Under the pieces are notes generated by a model. It had not been told where the DNA came from and made no database searches. It worked only from the letters and a program-made list of their open reading frames with translations. Positions 10,262 through 20,827 of a DNA stretch of 64,000 bases are shown here, piece by piece (position 1 is the stretch's first letter; every line of letters starts with the position of its first letter). Position numbers and translations under genes: made by a program. The DNA is taken from the IMG/VR virus record IMGVR_UViG_3300006045_000004, positions 26,180 through 90,179 of that record. One strand, written 5' to 3'. The DNA is from a virus.

Positions 10262-10325
10262 TCTTTTATAACTAATTTATTCGAAAATTTTTAAAATACA
10301 AAATTAATAGGAGAGTTAGTTATAT

Positions 10326-10856
10326 ATGAATAAATATTTAAAAGTTTTATTAATAATGCTTGCAATAGCATTTATTACATGTGGTGTTGTTTATGCAACA
10401 GCAGAAGCAAATGCCAAAACAGTTAAAGATACTAAAAAAGTATCTAAAGATAAGTTTATTAAGTTTAAAGTTGTTAAGCAGACGAAATCTACTTTAACAA
10501 TTATTGTAGATGGTAAAAATCAAACATTAAAGCGAGTTTATATGCATGGTAGGTATTCGCCGCATACTGTGTATAAAAACAAGTTTTATATTGCTACGAT
10601 TGGTGCAAGAGGCACTAATGGTGGTTCACCTAAACCTGCTGGTTTAAGGGTGTTTGAGAATCGTATAACAAGTAAAAAAACTGGCAAACCAGTTTCTGGT
10701 TGGGGAGATATACAAATAAACCCTAAACGAGTGTCTGATGGTGAATTTACATTTAAACCAAAAGGACATCATATCTATAAAGATGGGGATTATTGCACTC
10801 AAACTGGTCGTGAAAAATGGTATAGTCAGAGAACTTATATGAAAAGAGTTAATTAG
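10326..10856 (+). CDS. Secreted or surface basic protein with signal peptide
   Basis: N-terminus MNKYLKVLLIMLAIAFITCGVVYA; GGAG RBS. Confidence 0.65.
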   Translation: MNKYLKVLLIMLAIAFITCGVVYATAEANAKTVKDTKKVSKDKFIKFKVVKQTKSTLTIIVDGKNQTLKRVYMHGRYSPHTVYKNKFYIATIGARGTNGGSPKPAGLRVFENRITSKKTGKPVSGWGDIQINPKRVSDGEFTFKPKGHHIYKDGDYCTQTGREKWYSQRTYMKRVN

Positions 10857-10895
10857 GTGAATTGTTTTTTTCACCATATTTTTTATTTTTTTTGA
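10856..10895 (+). terminator. Hairpin plus oligo-T terminator
   Basis: GGTGA...TCACC stem followed by T-runs, then a new TATA box at about 10912. Confidence 0.45.
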
Positions 10896-11033
10896 ATTTT
10901 TTATGGAAACCTTTATATAGGATGAGGGATATATAAATATTTATGAAAAGATTGCAAGATTTAAGTAAAAAAGAAATTGCGAAAGCTTTCCAAGATTTGG
11001 AAATTATTTTAACTAAATATGTTGGTGATAATA

Positions 11034-11288
11034 ATGAAGATAACTAAAGCTGATAAAGAACTTATTTTTGATTTAGTAAAAGCTGTTAATGAGAATATGT
11101 CGAGAGAGGTTTTTTTTGACCGTGTAGATAGGTATGTGTTCGAAGAGATGGAAGATGATTATTATACACTTACAGAAGAAACTATAAAAGACATTGAAGA
11201 AGCTCAAAAACAGTTTAAAGAAGGTAGAGGTATTCCTTTTGATATTGATTTGTTTATTAAGGAGTTAGAAGATGAAAAGGATAACTGA
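11034..11288 (+). CDS. Small acidic protein with antitoxin-like C-terminus
   Basis: LTEETIKDIEEAQKQFKEGRGIPF resembles archaeal RelB-type antitoxin C-termini; GGTGA RBS before ATG 11034. Confidence 0.35.
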   Translation: MKITKADKELIFDLVKAVNENMSREVFFDRVDRYVFEEMEDDYYTLTEETIKDIEEAQKQFKEGRGIPFDIDLFIKELEDEKDN

Positions 11289-12392
11289 TGATGAGATAGA
11301 AGCTGGTATTTATGCTAAAATAGAAGAAATACGGTATAACGAACCAGCAAGAAATAAATTCTTACGAGAAGTTGGAAAAGCAATCTGTAAATCTCAAAAA
11401 AACAAAGAAAGCATACTTAATGCTATAAAAGTATTAACTTATATTGCAGAAGATGCAGGTTGGATAGGTATATCTGATAATGATTTAATTGAGGAAGATA
11501 TATGAGTTTTTTAGAAAAAGGTATGGAAATGATTGGTAGTAAAAAAACATCAATTAATACTACTTTATTTAAATATAGTAATGGAGTTGAGACAATTAAA
11601 AGAGGATATGAAATTGAGATTTTGGAAGTGCATGGTAAAACGAAAGTTATGATTATGGCTGAAAATCTTGAAAAAGCAAAAGAAATAGCATTATCTAATG
11701 CTAAAGATTATTGGTATTCAATGCAACCAGAAGAGTATGTTGCTATATGTAATAATTGTAGTAAAGATGAAGAAGGTGAGTGAATATGGAAATGGAATAT
11801 CTTAAAGAGAAACTTAATGAAGAAACTAAATATGATGATTTTGAAATTATGGAGTTACATATAGTTTCTAAAAATCTTCAAACTGGTGAAAAATTAGATA
11901 TTTTTGGTGGGTATGATTATATAGAGAAAGAGCCAATGAAACCTGTTTTTGTTAAACAAGTGCTTGAATCAAAGTCAACTTGTAAAAGTATTGATGATTT
12001 AATTAGAATTTTAGAAAAAATTAAACAGCAATATCCAGATTTAAAACTTGGTGATTCGAGGATTGATGTTGAGGATGAGAATGGTGTTTTGAAGAAGAAG
12101 TTGTATGTTGATAGTATTTGTAATGTCGATAAGTGTGATATGTTTGATATAAGGGATGTTTATTATGAGTAGGGCTTTGGATATTATTCAGGAAAAGTGT
12201 ATTGTTGAGTTTGAGGATGCTGAGACATGTAGTATTAGTTATCGTGTTCCTCCAGGTATGACTGTTTATATTGATAGTGATGTTTATCATGAAAAGGGTT
12301 TGACTATTGACCGTATTACTGATGCTGATTTGACTTTTATTAATGGGAAAGAGTATAATTTAAATAATGTGGATTTTTTTGAAATTAGGTGA
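11272..12392 (+). CDS. Four coupled hypothetical ORFs (11272-11505, 11502-11783, 11780-12172, 12156-12392)
   Basis: Overlapping stop/start junctions and RBSs. Confidence 0.6.
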
Positions 12393-13060
12393 TATATATT
12401 ATTGTTGTAAGTGATATTCATGGAAACTACCCTCTTTATATGAAGTATAAAGAATTATGGGAAGATGAAATAATATTTTTAGGTGATGTGATTGATTGTA
12501 ATGGAGATTATCCAGACCAAAGTACAGAAATACTTGATGACATAAAATCAGAAAAAAAATCAAAAGGTTTTAAGGTTTTATGTGGTAATCATGAGGCATC
12601 TAATTGGGTTGGAGGATATATGTTTGAAAATAATAGTTTGTTAGTTAATCATTTTAAGCAAAATATTCGTGGTCGTAATAGTGGTGTTTTACAACCTTTT
12701 TATGATGAGTATGTTAGTTTGATGCAGGAGTTTCCTTTGTATCATGTTACTTGTAATGGTTGTTTTTTATCTCATGCTGGACCACCAAGAATTGCTCAAG
12801 AATTGGGTTTTTTGAGTTTAACTTGGAATTATATGGATGAAGTTAATGAGGTGGATATTAGTAGTTTTTTAGAAGAAAACAGTCTTAAAACAATGGCTGT
12901 TGGACACAATCATCCAAAAAATTACAAAATTAAACACAAAATGCTAACATTCAACTCAGGAAATGGATATTATTTAGATATAAATGAAGAAGTATTTATG
13001 GATATAATGTATTTAGAAAATTGTGTAAAGAGGTTAGAAGATGTTGAAAGTGTATTTTGA
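12389..13060 (+). CDS. Calcineurin-like metallophosphoesterase
   Basis: SDIHGN, LGDVID, GNHE, SHAG and GHNH motifs. Confidence 0.85.
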   Translation: MIYIIVVSDIHGNYPLYMKYKELWEDEIIFLGDVIDCNGDYPDQSTEILDDIKSEKKSKGFKVLCGNHEASNWVGGYMFENNSLLVNHFKQNIRGRNSGVLQPFYDEYVSLMQEFPLYHVTCNGCFLSHAGPPRIAQELGFLSLTWNYMDEVNEVDISSFLEENSLKTMAVGHNHPKNYKIKHKMLTFNSGNGYYLDINEEVFMDIMYLENCVKRLEDVESVF

Positions 13061-13586
13061 TACGGAATTTACAGGTTTGCAGATGCCTACCACTCTTGTT
13101 AGTATTGGTTGTGTGTCTGAAAATGATTATGAATTTTATGCCGAGTTTTATGATTATGATAAATCTCAAATTGATAAGTGGATTTATGATAATGTTATTT
13201 GTAATCTTAAATATAATGAATTTGAAACATGTTTGAAACAAATGCCACCAGGTCTTGTTACAGAAGAATATTCAATTGAAATGAAGAACAACAAGCAAGG
13301 TGTTATGCTGGAGTTTGGTCGTTGGTTAGGTAGACTTGCTCCTGAAGTTGAATTAATATCAGACGGTTTTATTCCCCATGATAACAAATTGGTGTTAGAT
13401 TTGTTTGAGGGAAATTTACCTGCTGGTATTAGTTTGAGTAATCGTAGTTTAAATGATGAAGTTCTTAGTTTTGTTAATTCTAATGTAGAGTATAATAGAA
13501 TTATGAATGAATGGCAAAGTAGAGAGCATAATGCTCTTTCTGATGCGAGAGGTATAAAGAATATATATGAAAAAATAAATAGGTGA
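13041..13586 (+). CDS. DEDDh 3'-5' exonuclease (RNase AS-like)
   Basis: YFDTEFTGL and HNALSDA motifs. Confidence 0.85.
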   Translation: MLKVYFDTEFTGLQMPTTLVSIGCVSENDYEFYAEFYDYDKSQIDKWIYDNVICNLKYNEFETCLKQMPPGLVTEEYSIEMKNNKQGVMLEFGRWLGRLAPEVELISDGFIPHDNKLVLDLFEGNLPAGISLSNRSLNDEVLSFVNSNVEYNRIMNEWQSREHNALSDARGIKNIYEKINR

Positions 13587-13592
13587 TATGAT

Positions 13593-14204
13593 ATGGCAGA
13601 TAGTGGAGATGTTATAGGGTTTTTAGGTATCCTATTGGTTATTGGTCTTATTGTTGGTGGTGTTGCACTAATGGTAAATGGTTTTGTAAGTGAACAAGAT
13701 AAATATACAAGTTCTGTGAAAGAAGAAGTTATTACAGTTAAATCAATTAGTCCTGCTCCAGGGTTTCATCCTAATGATTTTGGTCAGCTTATGTGTGATA
13801 ATGCTCAGCAGTTAATGTTTTATGATACTAATGGTGTTGGGTATGAGAATACAGAAGATGATTTAATGGGTAAGTATGAGACAAGAGATATTTTGATTAA
13901 TATGAAGATTGGTGGTACTTATAAGATTAAGTATGTTGGTTGGAGAGATGGTCAGAACAGTCGATATCCAAATATTTTAGCTATTGTTGAGGTTGTTAAT
14001 GAAACTGATGCTGTTGGTTTTAGTTGGAATGATTTCCTTGGTGATTGGAATCTTAAAGATACTGGTATTTTTGATATAAGTAATTATAAGCTTGTTGATG
14101 GTAAGATGGTTTATGTTGGTCAGAGTAATGGTGTTGATAGTGATGCTTATAATACTCAGATAACTAATAATAAGAAGATTTCAGATTCTAAGAAGAATAA
14201 TTAA
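13593..14204 (+). CDS. Membrane-anchored extracellular protein (possibly DUF1523-like)
   Basis: N-terminal transmembrane helix; GGTYKIKYVGWR...YPNIL motif. Confidence 0.45.
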   Translation: MADSGDVIGFLGILLVIGLIVGGVALMVNGFVSEQDKYTSSVKEEVITVKSISPAPGFHPNDFGQLMCDNAQQLMFYDTNGVGYENTEDDLMGKYETRDILINMKIGGTYKIKYVGWRDGQNSRYPNILAIVEVVNETDAVGFSWNDFLGDWNLKDTGIFDISNYKLVDGKMVYVGQSNGVDSDAYNTQITNNKKISDSKKNN

Positions 14205-14554
14205 TGGTGGTTTTTTGTATGAAAAGGTATAGTAGTATTTTTAAATATATTATTATACTTTCCATTATTGTTTTTTTATTTAGTGGTATTATGTTGGTAG
14301 CTGATAGTATTACTCATGAAGCTAAGAAACAACAAAAGCTGGAAGACAGTAAAGAAATCCAAAAAACAAGAGATATTATTCTTGAAGTCAACGGTAATAC
14401 TGCTGTTTGTAGTAATGGTAAAGAGTATAAAATTAGTGATGAGGTTAAAAAACAGGTTTTGCTTAAAAAGTGGTCTGATATTTATGTTAATACTACCAGT
14501 AATGAGATTGTAAAGATTGATTTTAATGAAGAAACATCAGGAGTGAGAAGATGA
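14204..14554 (+). CDS. Membrane-anchored hypothetical protein
   Basis: N-terminal hydrophobic helix; coupled to neighbours. Confidence 0.55.
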   Translation: MVVFCMKRYSSIFKYIIILSIIVFLFSGIMLVADSITHEAKKQQKLEDSKEIQKTRDIILEVNGNTAVCSNGKEYKISDEVKKQVLLKKWSDIYVNTTSNEIVKIDFNEETSGVRR

Positions 14555-15069
14555 GTTGGATGGATATTTTGTTAGGTTCTGTTGTTTTTTTTATTATTAG
14601 TTTGATTTGTTTTTTTGTTTTGAGTCGTAGAGAAGTTAGGATTGAAGAGCATGAGACTGAGATGAAAGAGTTATATAGGAATCTTGATATTAATGATGAT
14701 ATTAGTGATTTTATTAAGGTTTTTACTGATAAAAGAGATAAGGTTAAAAATTTAGTTGATAGGAAGTTTCCAGCTGGAAGTGTTACTAATAATAAGTTTA
14801 GTAATATTATTGATTATTGGAATACGGTTTTTAATGAAAATTATGAAATGTTATCTGACTATCTCGGTTTAGAGCCAAGATATGCTATTAAACATAAAGA
14901 TGAAATTGATTATAAAATAAATTTATTAAGAAAAGGTATTGATATGCTTGGTTTCTTAGAGTCTGAGTTAGTTATAAATATGGATAAAAATAAAACTGAT
15001 AATGAAAAAATTAAAGAGATTGTTAAAGAAATGCAAGATTTAATTGAAAGTGTTGAAAGTTATAAATAA
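14551..15069 (+). CDS. XpaC-like membrane-anchored helical protein
   Basis: N-terminal transmembrane helix plus helical body; directly upstream of TelA, as in bacterial xpaC-telA pairs. Confidence 0.5.
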   Translation: MSWMDILLGSVVFFIISLICFFVLSRREVRIEEHETEMKELYRNLDINDDISDFIKVFTDKRDKVKNLVDRKFPAGSVTNNKFSNIIDYWNTVFNENYEMLSDYLGLEPRYAIKHKDEIDYKINLLRKGIDMLGFLESELVINMDKNKTDNEKIKEIVKEMQDLIESVESYK

Positions 15070-15078
15070 TAAGAGGTA

Positions 15079-16113
15079 ATGGATATGTTAGTTACAGAGA
15101 ATATTTTTAGTAAGGATTTTACAAATCCAGCAGAAAAGCAGATTGTGGTTGGTGAGATTGATAATTTTGGAATTTCAGCTATAAATAAATCACAACAGAA
15201 AAACAATTTGTTAAGTACAAGGTTTGTTGATTTTGAGAAGGGTGGTGAGAATGCTGCGAGTGTTGGTAATAGTTTAGCTGACCTTAATTTACAGATAAAG
15301 GATTTAGACCCAAGTGCTATTGATTTTATGAAAACTGGTTTTTTAGGTAGGTTTTTTAATCCTGCTCGTAAATATTTTAATCGCTATCAAAAAGCTGATG
15401 TCGTTATAGCTACAATTCTTAAATCGTTAGATTTAGGTCAAAGGTCATTACAAAACGACAACATTACATTAGCAACAGAAGAAACACAACTAATTCAAAT
15501 AACAGAAAAACTTAAAGATGATGTTGAAGCTGGAATGAAAGCTGATGCCAACATTCAAAGACAAGTTAATGATGCTGAATTAGATGACAATATAACTGAT
15601 GAGCAGGTAGCTTTTGTTAAAGAAGAGGTTTTATTTCCATTAAGACAAAGAGTAATGGATATTGAGCAAATGATTGTGGTAAATCAACAAGGAATTGTTA
15701 GTTTAAATATTATTCAAAAGAATAATAAAGAGTTAATTCGTGGTGTTGACCGTGCAAGAAATGTTACTGTAACTGCTCTTCGTGTTGGTATTATGGTAGC
15801 AAGTGCATTATTTAATCAAAAAATCGTTATTGATAAAATTAATGCTTTAAATGCAACAACAAATGACATCATCGACTCAACTTCTAAAATGTTAAGAGAA
15901 CAAGGTAGTGAGATTCACAGACAAGCAACCGAAGCTACTGTTAATCCAGAAACTTTGAAAAATGCTTTTATGGAGGCAATGATGGCACTTGATGATATAA
16001 GTAAATATAAAGTGGAAGCATTACCAAAAATGCAAGAACAAATAAATATGTTTAACGAACTTTCAAAAGAAGGTCAAAAAGTTGTAGATAAAATTAGTGA
16101 AAATGGAAGTTAA
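15079..16113 (+). CDS. telA: Toxic anion resistance protein TelA family
   Basis: GFLGRFFNPARKYFNRYQKAD, LRQRVMDIEQMIVVNQQGI, NNKELIRGVDRA...TVTALR and NPETLKNAF motifs. Confidence 0.85.
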   Translation: MDMLVTENIFSKDFTNPAEKQIVVGEIDNFGISAINKSQQKNNLLSTRFVDFEKGGENAASVGNSLADLNLQIKDLDPSAIDFMKTGFLGRFFNPARKYFNRYQKADVVIATILKSLDLGQRSLQNDNITLATEETQLIQITEKLKDDVEAGMKADANIQRQVNDAELDDNITDEQVAFVKEEVLFPLRQRVMDIEQMIVVNQQGIVSLNIIQKNNKELIRGVDRARNVTVTALRVGIMVASALFNQKIVIDKINALNATTNDIIDSTSKMLREQGSEIHRQATEATVNPETLKNAFMEAMMALDDISKYKVEALPKMQEQINMFNELSKEGQKVVDKISENGS

Positions 16114-16150
16114 ATACTTCCATATTATTTTTTTTATGAGGTGATTTATT

Positions 16151-16630
16151 ATGAATATGACAAAAAATTTAGGTAAAAAAGCAAAAGATATTGAAAGTGG
16201 AAAAGAAGGTATAATTAGTTGTAGAGGAGAATATTTATACGGCTGTTCACGATATGGTATAGTTCATTTTAATGATAAAAATGAAAAAGAAAACTTATGG
16301 TTATGTGATGCAAAAGTAGAAATACTTAGTGAAGATGTTGATGAGGTTTATAAAAAAGTTCTTGACAAAAAAGAATTTGATGAGCCATTAGAATTAGGTA
16401 TTGAGGTTAAAGACGAAGTTACTGGTTTTGTTGGTATATTAACAGCAAGAAATGTAGATGTTTTTGAGTGCGACAGTTATCAAATAACTCCGAAAGTAAA
16501 TAAAAACGAATATCAAGATAGTGAATGGTTAGATGTTGGAAGATTAAGTCCTACTGGTAAAAATACCATTAAGAAAGAAGAAGTGAGAACTAAAACCCCA
16601 GGTAGTTGTGAGATAAGAACAAGATGGTAA
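16151..16630 (+). CDS. Hypothetical protein with an apparent internal duplication
   Basis: GIISCRGEYLYGC resembles GILTARNVDVFEC. Confidence 0.55.
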   Translation: MNMTKNLGKKAKDIESGKEGIISCRGEYLYGCSRYGIVHFNDKNEKENLWLCDAKVEILSEDVDEVYKKVLDKKEFDEPLELGIEVKDEVTGFVGILTARNVDVFECDSYQITPKVNKNEYQDSEWLDVGRLSPTGKNTIKKEEVRTKTPGSCEIRTRW

Positions 16631-17802
16631 ATACAGAAATAAATATTAAAAAAAAAGGTTTTGACCAACCAAGCAAAGCAGATAGAGTTAATTCTGTAAA
16701 AGGATTCTTTGACACTTTACGAACAGATATTAGAAATGGTACTTTTCAAAGTTTAGGAGCAAATGACCTATATAGTCATTTAATTCTTACTTTTGATTTT
16801 AAAAATAATGATATAAGTTTTGATGGTGTTAGCATTGGTGAAGGAGGAAACTCAAAAACCAAAGACCTTTTTAATGCTATAAAAAGTGGTAATTTTGATA
16901 ATGTTGTGTTGAGAAATAGAGATTTGAAAATGCTTACTGAATGTGAGGATTTTTTGTTTTTAGATTTTAAGCAGTATTGTGTTAGGATGCTTGGTGTTCG
17001 TAGTTTTAGTCTTGAGAGTGTTAAGGATGTTTGGGCTTTTCAGCGAGATAAAGAAGTTATTGTTCGTGGAATTATGAAAGTTCCTAAGAAAAGCGAACAA
17101 GAAATACGGAATCTCAACAGAATAACACCAACATCAAATCGACAAGTATATATACCTGAAGTGGACAAATATATAAGTAATCCTGTTTTCCCTGTTTTGG
17201 TACAAAAAATTCCAGAACATATTCCACGACTTGGTGAAAGATATCAAGTTAAAGAACTTGAAACAGGTAATAATGACAATGGTTTATGTATTACTGATGC
17301 ATATGAAAAAATCATCGACATACTACGAATAAACACTTTCTGGACATACGACTATCCATTAATGAACAGATATAATTTTTTTGGAAGGTTCGGTAGCCAA
17401 TACGAAAGTTTAATCTGCTATAACATAATGGATATTGTTGACGCTGTTAAAACTCTTAGAGGGGGTAGAGATGGTGTTTTAATTCGTAGTCTTGTTGAAC
17501 CTTGTATTGTTAATAAATGTACTTGGTATGAATGGTCTCCAAAATCAATGGTAACTTTTAAAATTTTCAGAGAAAGAGGAAATAGTCAAAAACTCTTACA
17601 AACATCTGACAATCAAATTGTATATGATTATGATATTGATTTAAAAGATATTGACTGGAAATATATTGATATAAGTTTAGATGGAGAAAAAATTCGCAGA
17701 GGTAAAGAAGAAAATTTTTTTATGGATATAGCTGATTTCGACACATGGAGTCGTATTTTGCAATTTGACAGTAGTCGTCAAATTAATTTAGATAAATTTT
17801 AA
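16624..17802 (+). CDS. Hypothetical 392-aa protein, weak resemblance to a degenerate ATP-dependent ligase
   Basis: YPLMNR and DGVLIRSL...WYEWSPK resemble ligase motifs IV-V; no KxDG motif. Confidence 0.3.
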   Translation: MVNTEINIKKKGFDQPSKADRVNSVKGFFDTLRTDIRNGTFQSLGANDLYSHLILTFDFKNNDISFDGVSIGEGGNSKTKDLFNAIKSGNFDNVVLRNRDLKMLTECEDFLFLDFKQYCVRMLGVRSFSLESVKDVWAFQRDKEVIVRGIMKVPKKSEQEIRNLNRITPTSNRQVYIPEVDKYISNPVFPVLVQKIPEHIPRLGERYQVKELETGNNDNGLCITDAYEKIIDILRINTFWTYDYPLMNRYNFFGRFGSQYESLICYNIMDIVDAVKTLRGGRDGVLIRSLVEPCIVNKCTWYEWSPKSMVTFKIFRERGNSQKLLQTSDNQIVYDYDIDLKDIDWKYIDISLDGEKIRRGKEENFFMDIADFDTWSRILQFDSSRQINLDKF

Positions 17803-17817
17803 GGAGAAAAGAGTAAT

Positions 17818-19880
17818 ATGAATATAAGTGAAATTATGATGAAAATCAAAGATGAATATGGAATAGATGTAAATGATACTGAAATAGGTGGATTTGTTGT
17901 TATTTTAAAACATGACGGACCAGAAAATGAATTTACAGCCACTCATGTAGAAGCTTTTGAAGGACAGATGGGTACAATAGAGTTTAATGTTAAAAAAGAA
18001 ACTCAATATCTATCACCTGAACAAGTTGAAATGAAGAAAGCTCAAGAAGCTCAAATAGCAAACATGCAAGCAAATCAAGAAATCGTATTGGAATGATATA
18101 AATGAGTGCTGGAATAAGTATTTTCAGTCAAAATGCCTTAGAACAAATGGATAATGATAAAGTTCGTCTTTGGAGGAGGAAATTAGCAACTTTCTTACAA
18201 AACGGACTAAACATATCCATACGAAAAGGCAGTCGAACAGAAAACAATAGTATTATAGCTTTTAAGGAAGAAAATGATGAGTTTATTCCTTTAAATATAG
18301 AAGATTTAATGGATATTGTTGTTCAGGAAATTGATAATCAATTTAATCCAAATGGCGAGTTATATGTTAGTAAAGCTGATATTTATGAGGCATTGGGTTT
18401 TATTAATTCTTTTGTAGATATAGAATTTAATAATGGGGAGTGGAAATAATGGCTAATCGTGAAAATAGGTTTATTGTTGATGTTGTTAAATGTCGTACAA
18501 AATTTAGGAATAATACTCTTGAAGAAAAAGATATTATTAAGTTGTTAAATTATCATACAAGTATACAAGATAATGATGTAGACGGTATGATTGCTGAAAT
18601 GAATGAAGAAAATAAGGAAAAAATACAAAAAAACAAACAAATCGAACAGGCAATAAAGTCAAAAAGCACACCAGAAAGCAATATTAACAAAATGACTACT
18701 AATACAAGTTGGTAGATTATGAGGTTAGTTAATATGAAGGAAAAAGATATTAAAAAAGGTTTATTATACAATTATTTAATGTATATATTTACCTCAATTG
18801 GATATTTTAGTCTCGGTGTTTTTTTCTTAGGTGCTGCTTTTAGTTATGAAAGTCTTATTAAAATTATCATAGGTGTTTTTGGAATTATTTGTATAATTTT
18901 ATGTATTATTTTCCAGATTTTAGGTCGTAATATTAATTTTAGTTTTAGACAAGCATTAGGTAGAAAAAGATGGAAAATTGATTTTCCAAATTATTTAGAT
19001 TTAATGTTAATATTTCCTCTTGTTGGTGCATTAATTATTTTTAATATGGATAGTGGGATTCTTGTTACTATTGCACTTATTGATTTGGCTATTGGTTTTC
19101 TTAATATTTATGGTGTTGTTAAATCTGGTGGTTATAGAAGTGCTATAAATAATGGTAGTTTTTATGAATGATTCTATATATCCTGTTGGGTCTATTCGTT
19201 TTAGTTATGATGATGTTAGTGAAGATGATTTGAGGAAGATTCATATGTGGAAAAAATTAAGTGATACTGAATGGATAACTACAACTACTACTAATGAAAT
19301 TCCGAGAAGTCACAGGGTTATTTCTCCACCTCATACACATAATATTAATTTAAAAAATAGTGGTGTTATTAGTTTTAATATGCCTTCTACTGTTATTTGT
19401 CCTTTGTTATCTGAAACTCAACGGCTTTATAGGTTTATTTCTAATTTTAAACCTATTTTTTTTAATTATTATCCTGATAAATCTTTTGATTATTTTTTTG
19501 AACCTAATAAGTTTGAAAAAGATAATTATGGTTTAGATGCTTTTGTTGTTAAATTTAATTTTAATATTAATGAGTTACAAATGAAGGATGATAAATTTGT
19601 GTGTGATAAAACTGTTTTTTTGAACACAATATCCAGTTGTTTTGGTATTGATTTTGTTGATAGTGTTATGAAGGATTATGATATTGTTGTTTTTTTGTTG
19701 AGAAATGGCTTTAGAAGAAAGGATAAATATTCTGTTAAGAGTCTTCATGATAAAATTAAGGGGAATTGGAATGTTGGTGATGATATTGTTTCGTCTCAGA
19801 GTATTAGTATTCCTCATGTTTTTCCTACTAATCCTGATAATTTTAGTGTTAGTTTAGAGTGGAAAACTTCTTTGGATTGA
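17818..19880 (+). CDS. Five hypothetical ORFs (17818-18096, 18102-18449, 18440-18715, multi-TM 18719-19171, 19152-19880)
   Basis: Contiguous ORFs ending in a T-rich terminator at about 19881-19900. Confidence 0.6.
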
Positions 19881-20239
19881 TTTTATATATTTTTTTTTGA
19901 TATAATATAAGAAAGGTTTCCATTTAGGAAATGTTTCCAAAATTTTAAAAAATCGAAAATTTATAAACACAACCATCTTTTTTTTAAGATGTATTATATA
20001 TCTTATCCTTATTTTAAAAATATCATTAAAAATTTATTATTATATTAATATATTAAAAATAAAATAATCTTTAAAATATCATTAAATTTTTATTAAATAA
20101 TCTATAAAAATATTTAAAATAATCTTAATATTTTATTAAAAATTATATGTAACATATTTATAACATATAGTACATTTATGTACTTTATAGTACATATTTT
20201 TATAGTAAACTTTATATAAACTTAAAATAAATTATAACT

Positions 20240-20827
20240 ATGAATAACTTTAAAAATTTAAATTTAATGAATAAATCAAGTATTACTAATCAAGTTTTAA
20301 GTAATACTAATATTAAGTATAATAATAAATCTTTGATTTATTTAAATAAACTTAATATATATGATAAATCATTAAATTTAAAAGCTTATAGCTTTTTAAA
20401 TGAATATAAAGCTTTAAATAAAGCTTATAGAATTAAAAAAGGATTATATGTATTCTTTGATACTAAAAGTAATTCTTTTTATTCTTTAAGTAATAAAAAG
20501 CTTGATTTATCAAGTAATAAGATTAAAAATTTAATTTATTCATTATTAAATAAATATACTAAAAGATTTAAAAGAATAGAATATAATAAATCTTTAAATA
20601 TTTATTCTAATAGTATTAGTATTAAAAATTCTAAAAGTAATAAAACTATTTATCAAAGAAAAGCTTTAAATCATAGCTTGTTTTATAGTTTTAAAACTTA
20701 TAAAGAGTGTATAAATACAAGCTTTGATAATATATCTTGTTTACAAGATACAAAGCTTGTTAATTTTTATAATATGATACACTCAAAGAATATTAATAAA
20801 CATATTAAAAAACAACAAAGTTTATAA
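20240..20827 (+). CDS. Highly basic Lys/Asn/Ser-rich protein, probably leaderless
   Basis: 195 stop-free codons in extremely AT-rich DNA; TTTATATA at 20211-20218; no RBS. Confidence 0.55.
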   Translation: MNNFKNLNLMNKSSITNQVLSNTNIKYNNKSLIYLNKLNIYDKSLNLKAYSFLNEYKALNKAYRIKKGLYVFFDTKSNSFYSLSNKKLDLSSNKIKNLIYSLLNKYTKRFKRIEYNKSLNIYSNSISIKNSKSNKTIYQRKALNHSLFYSFKTYKECINTSFDNISCLQDTKLVNFYNMIHSKNINKHIKKQQSL

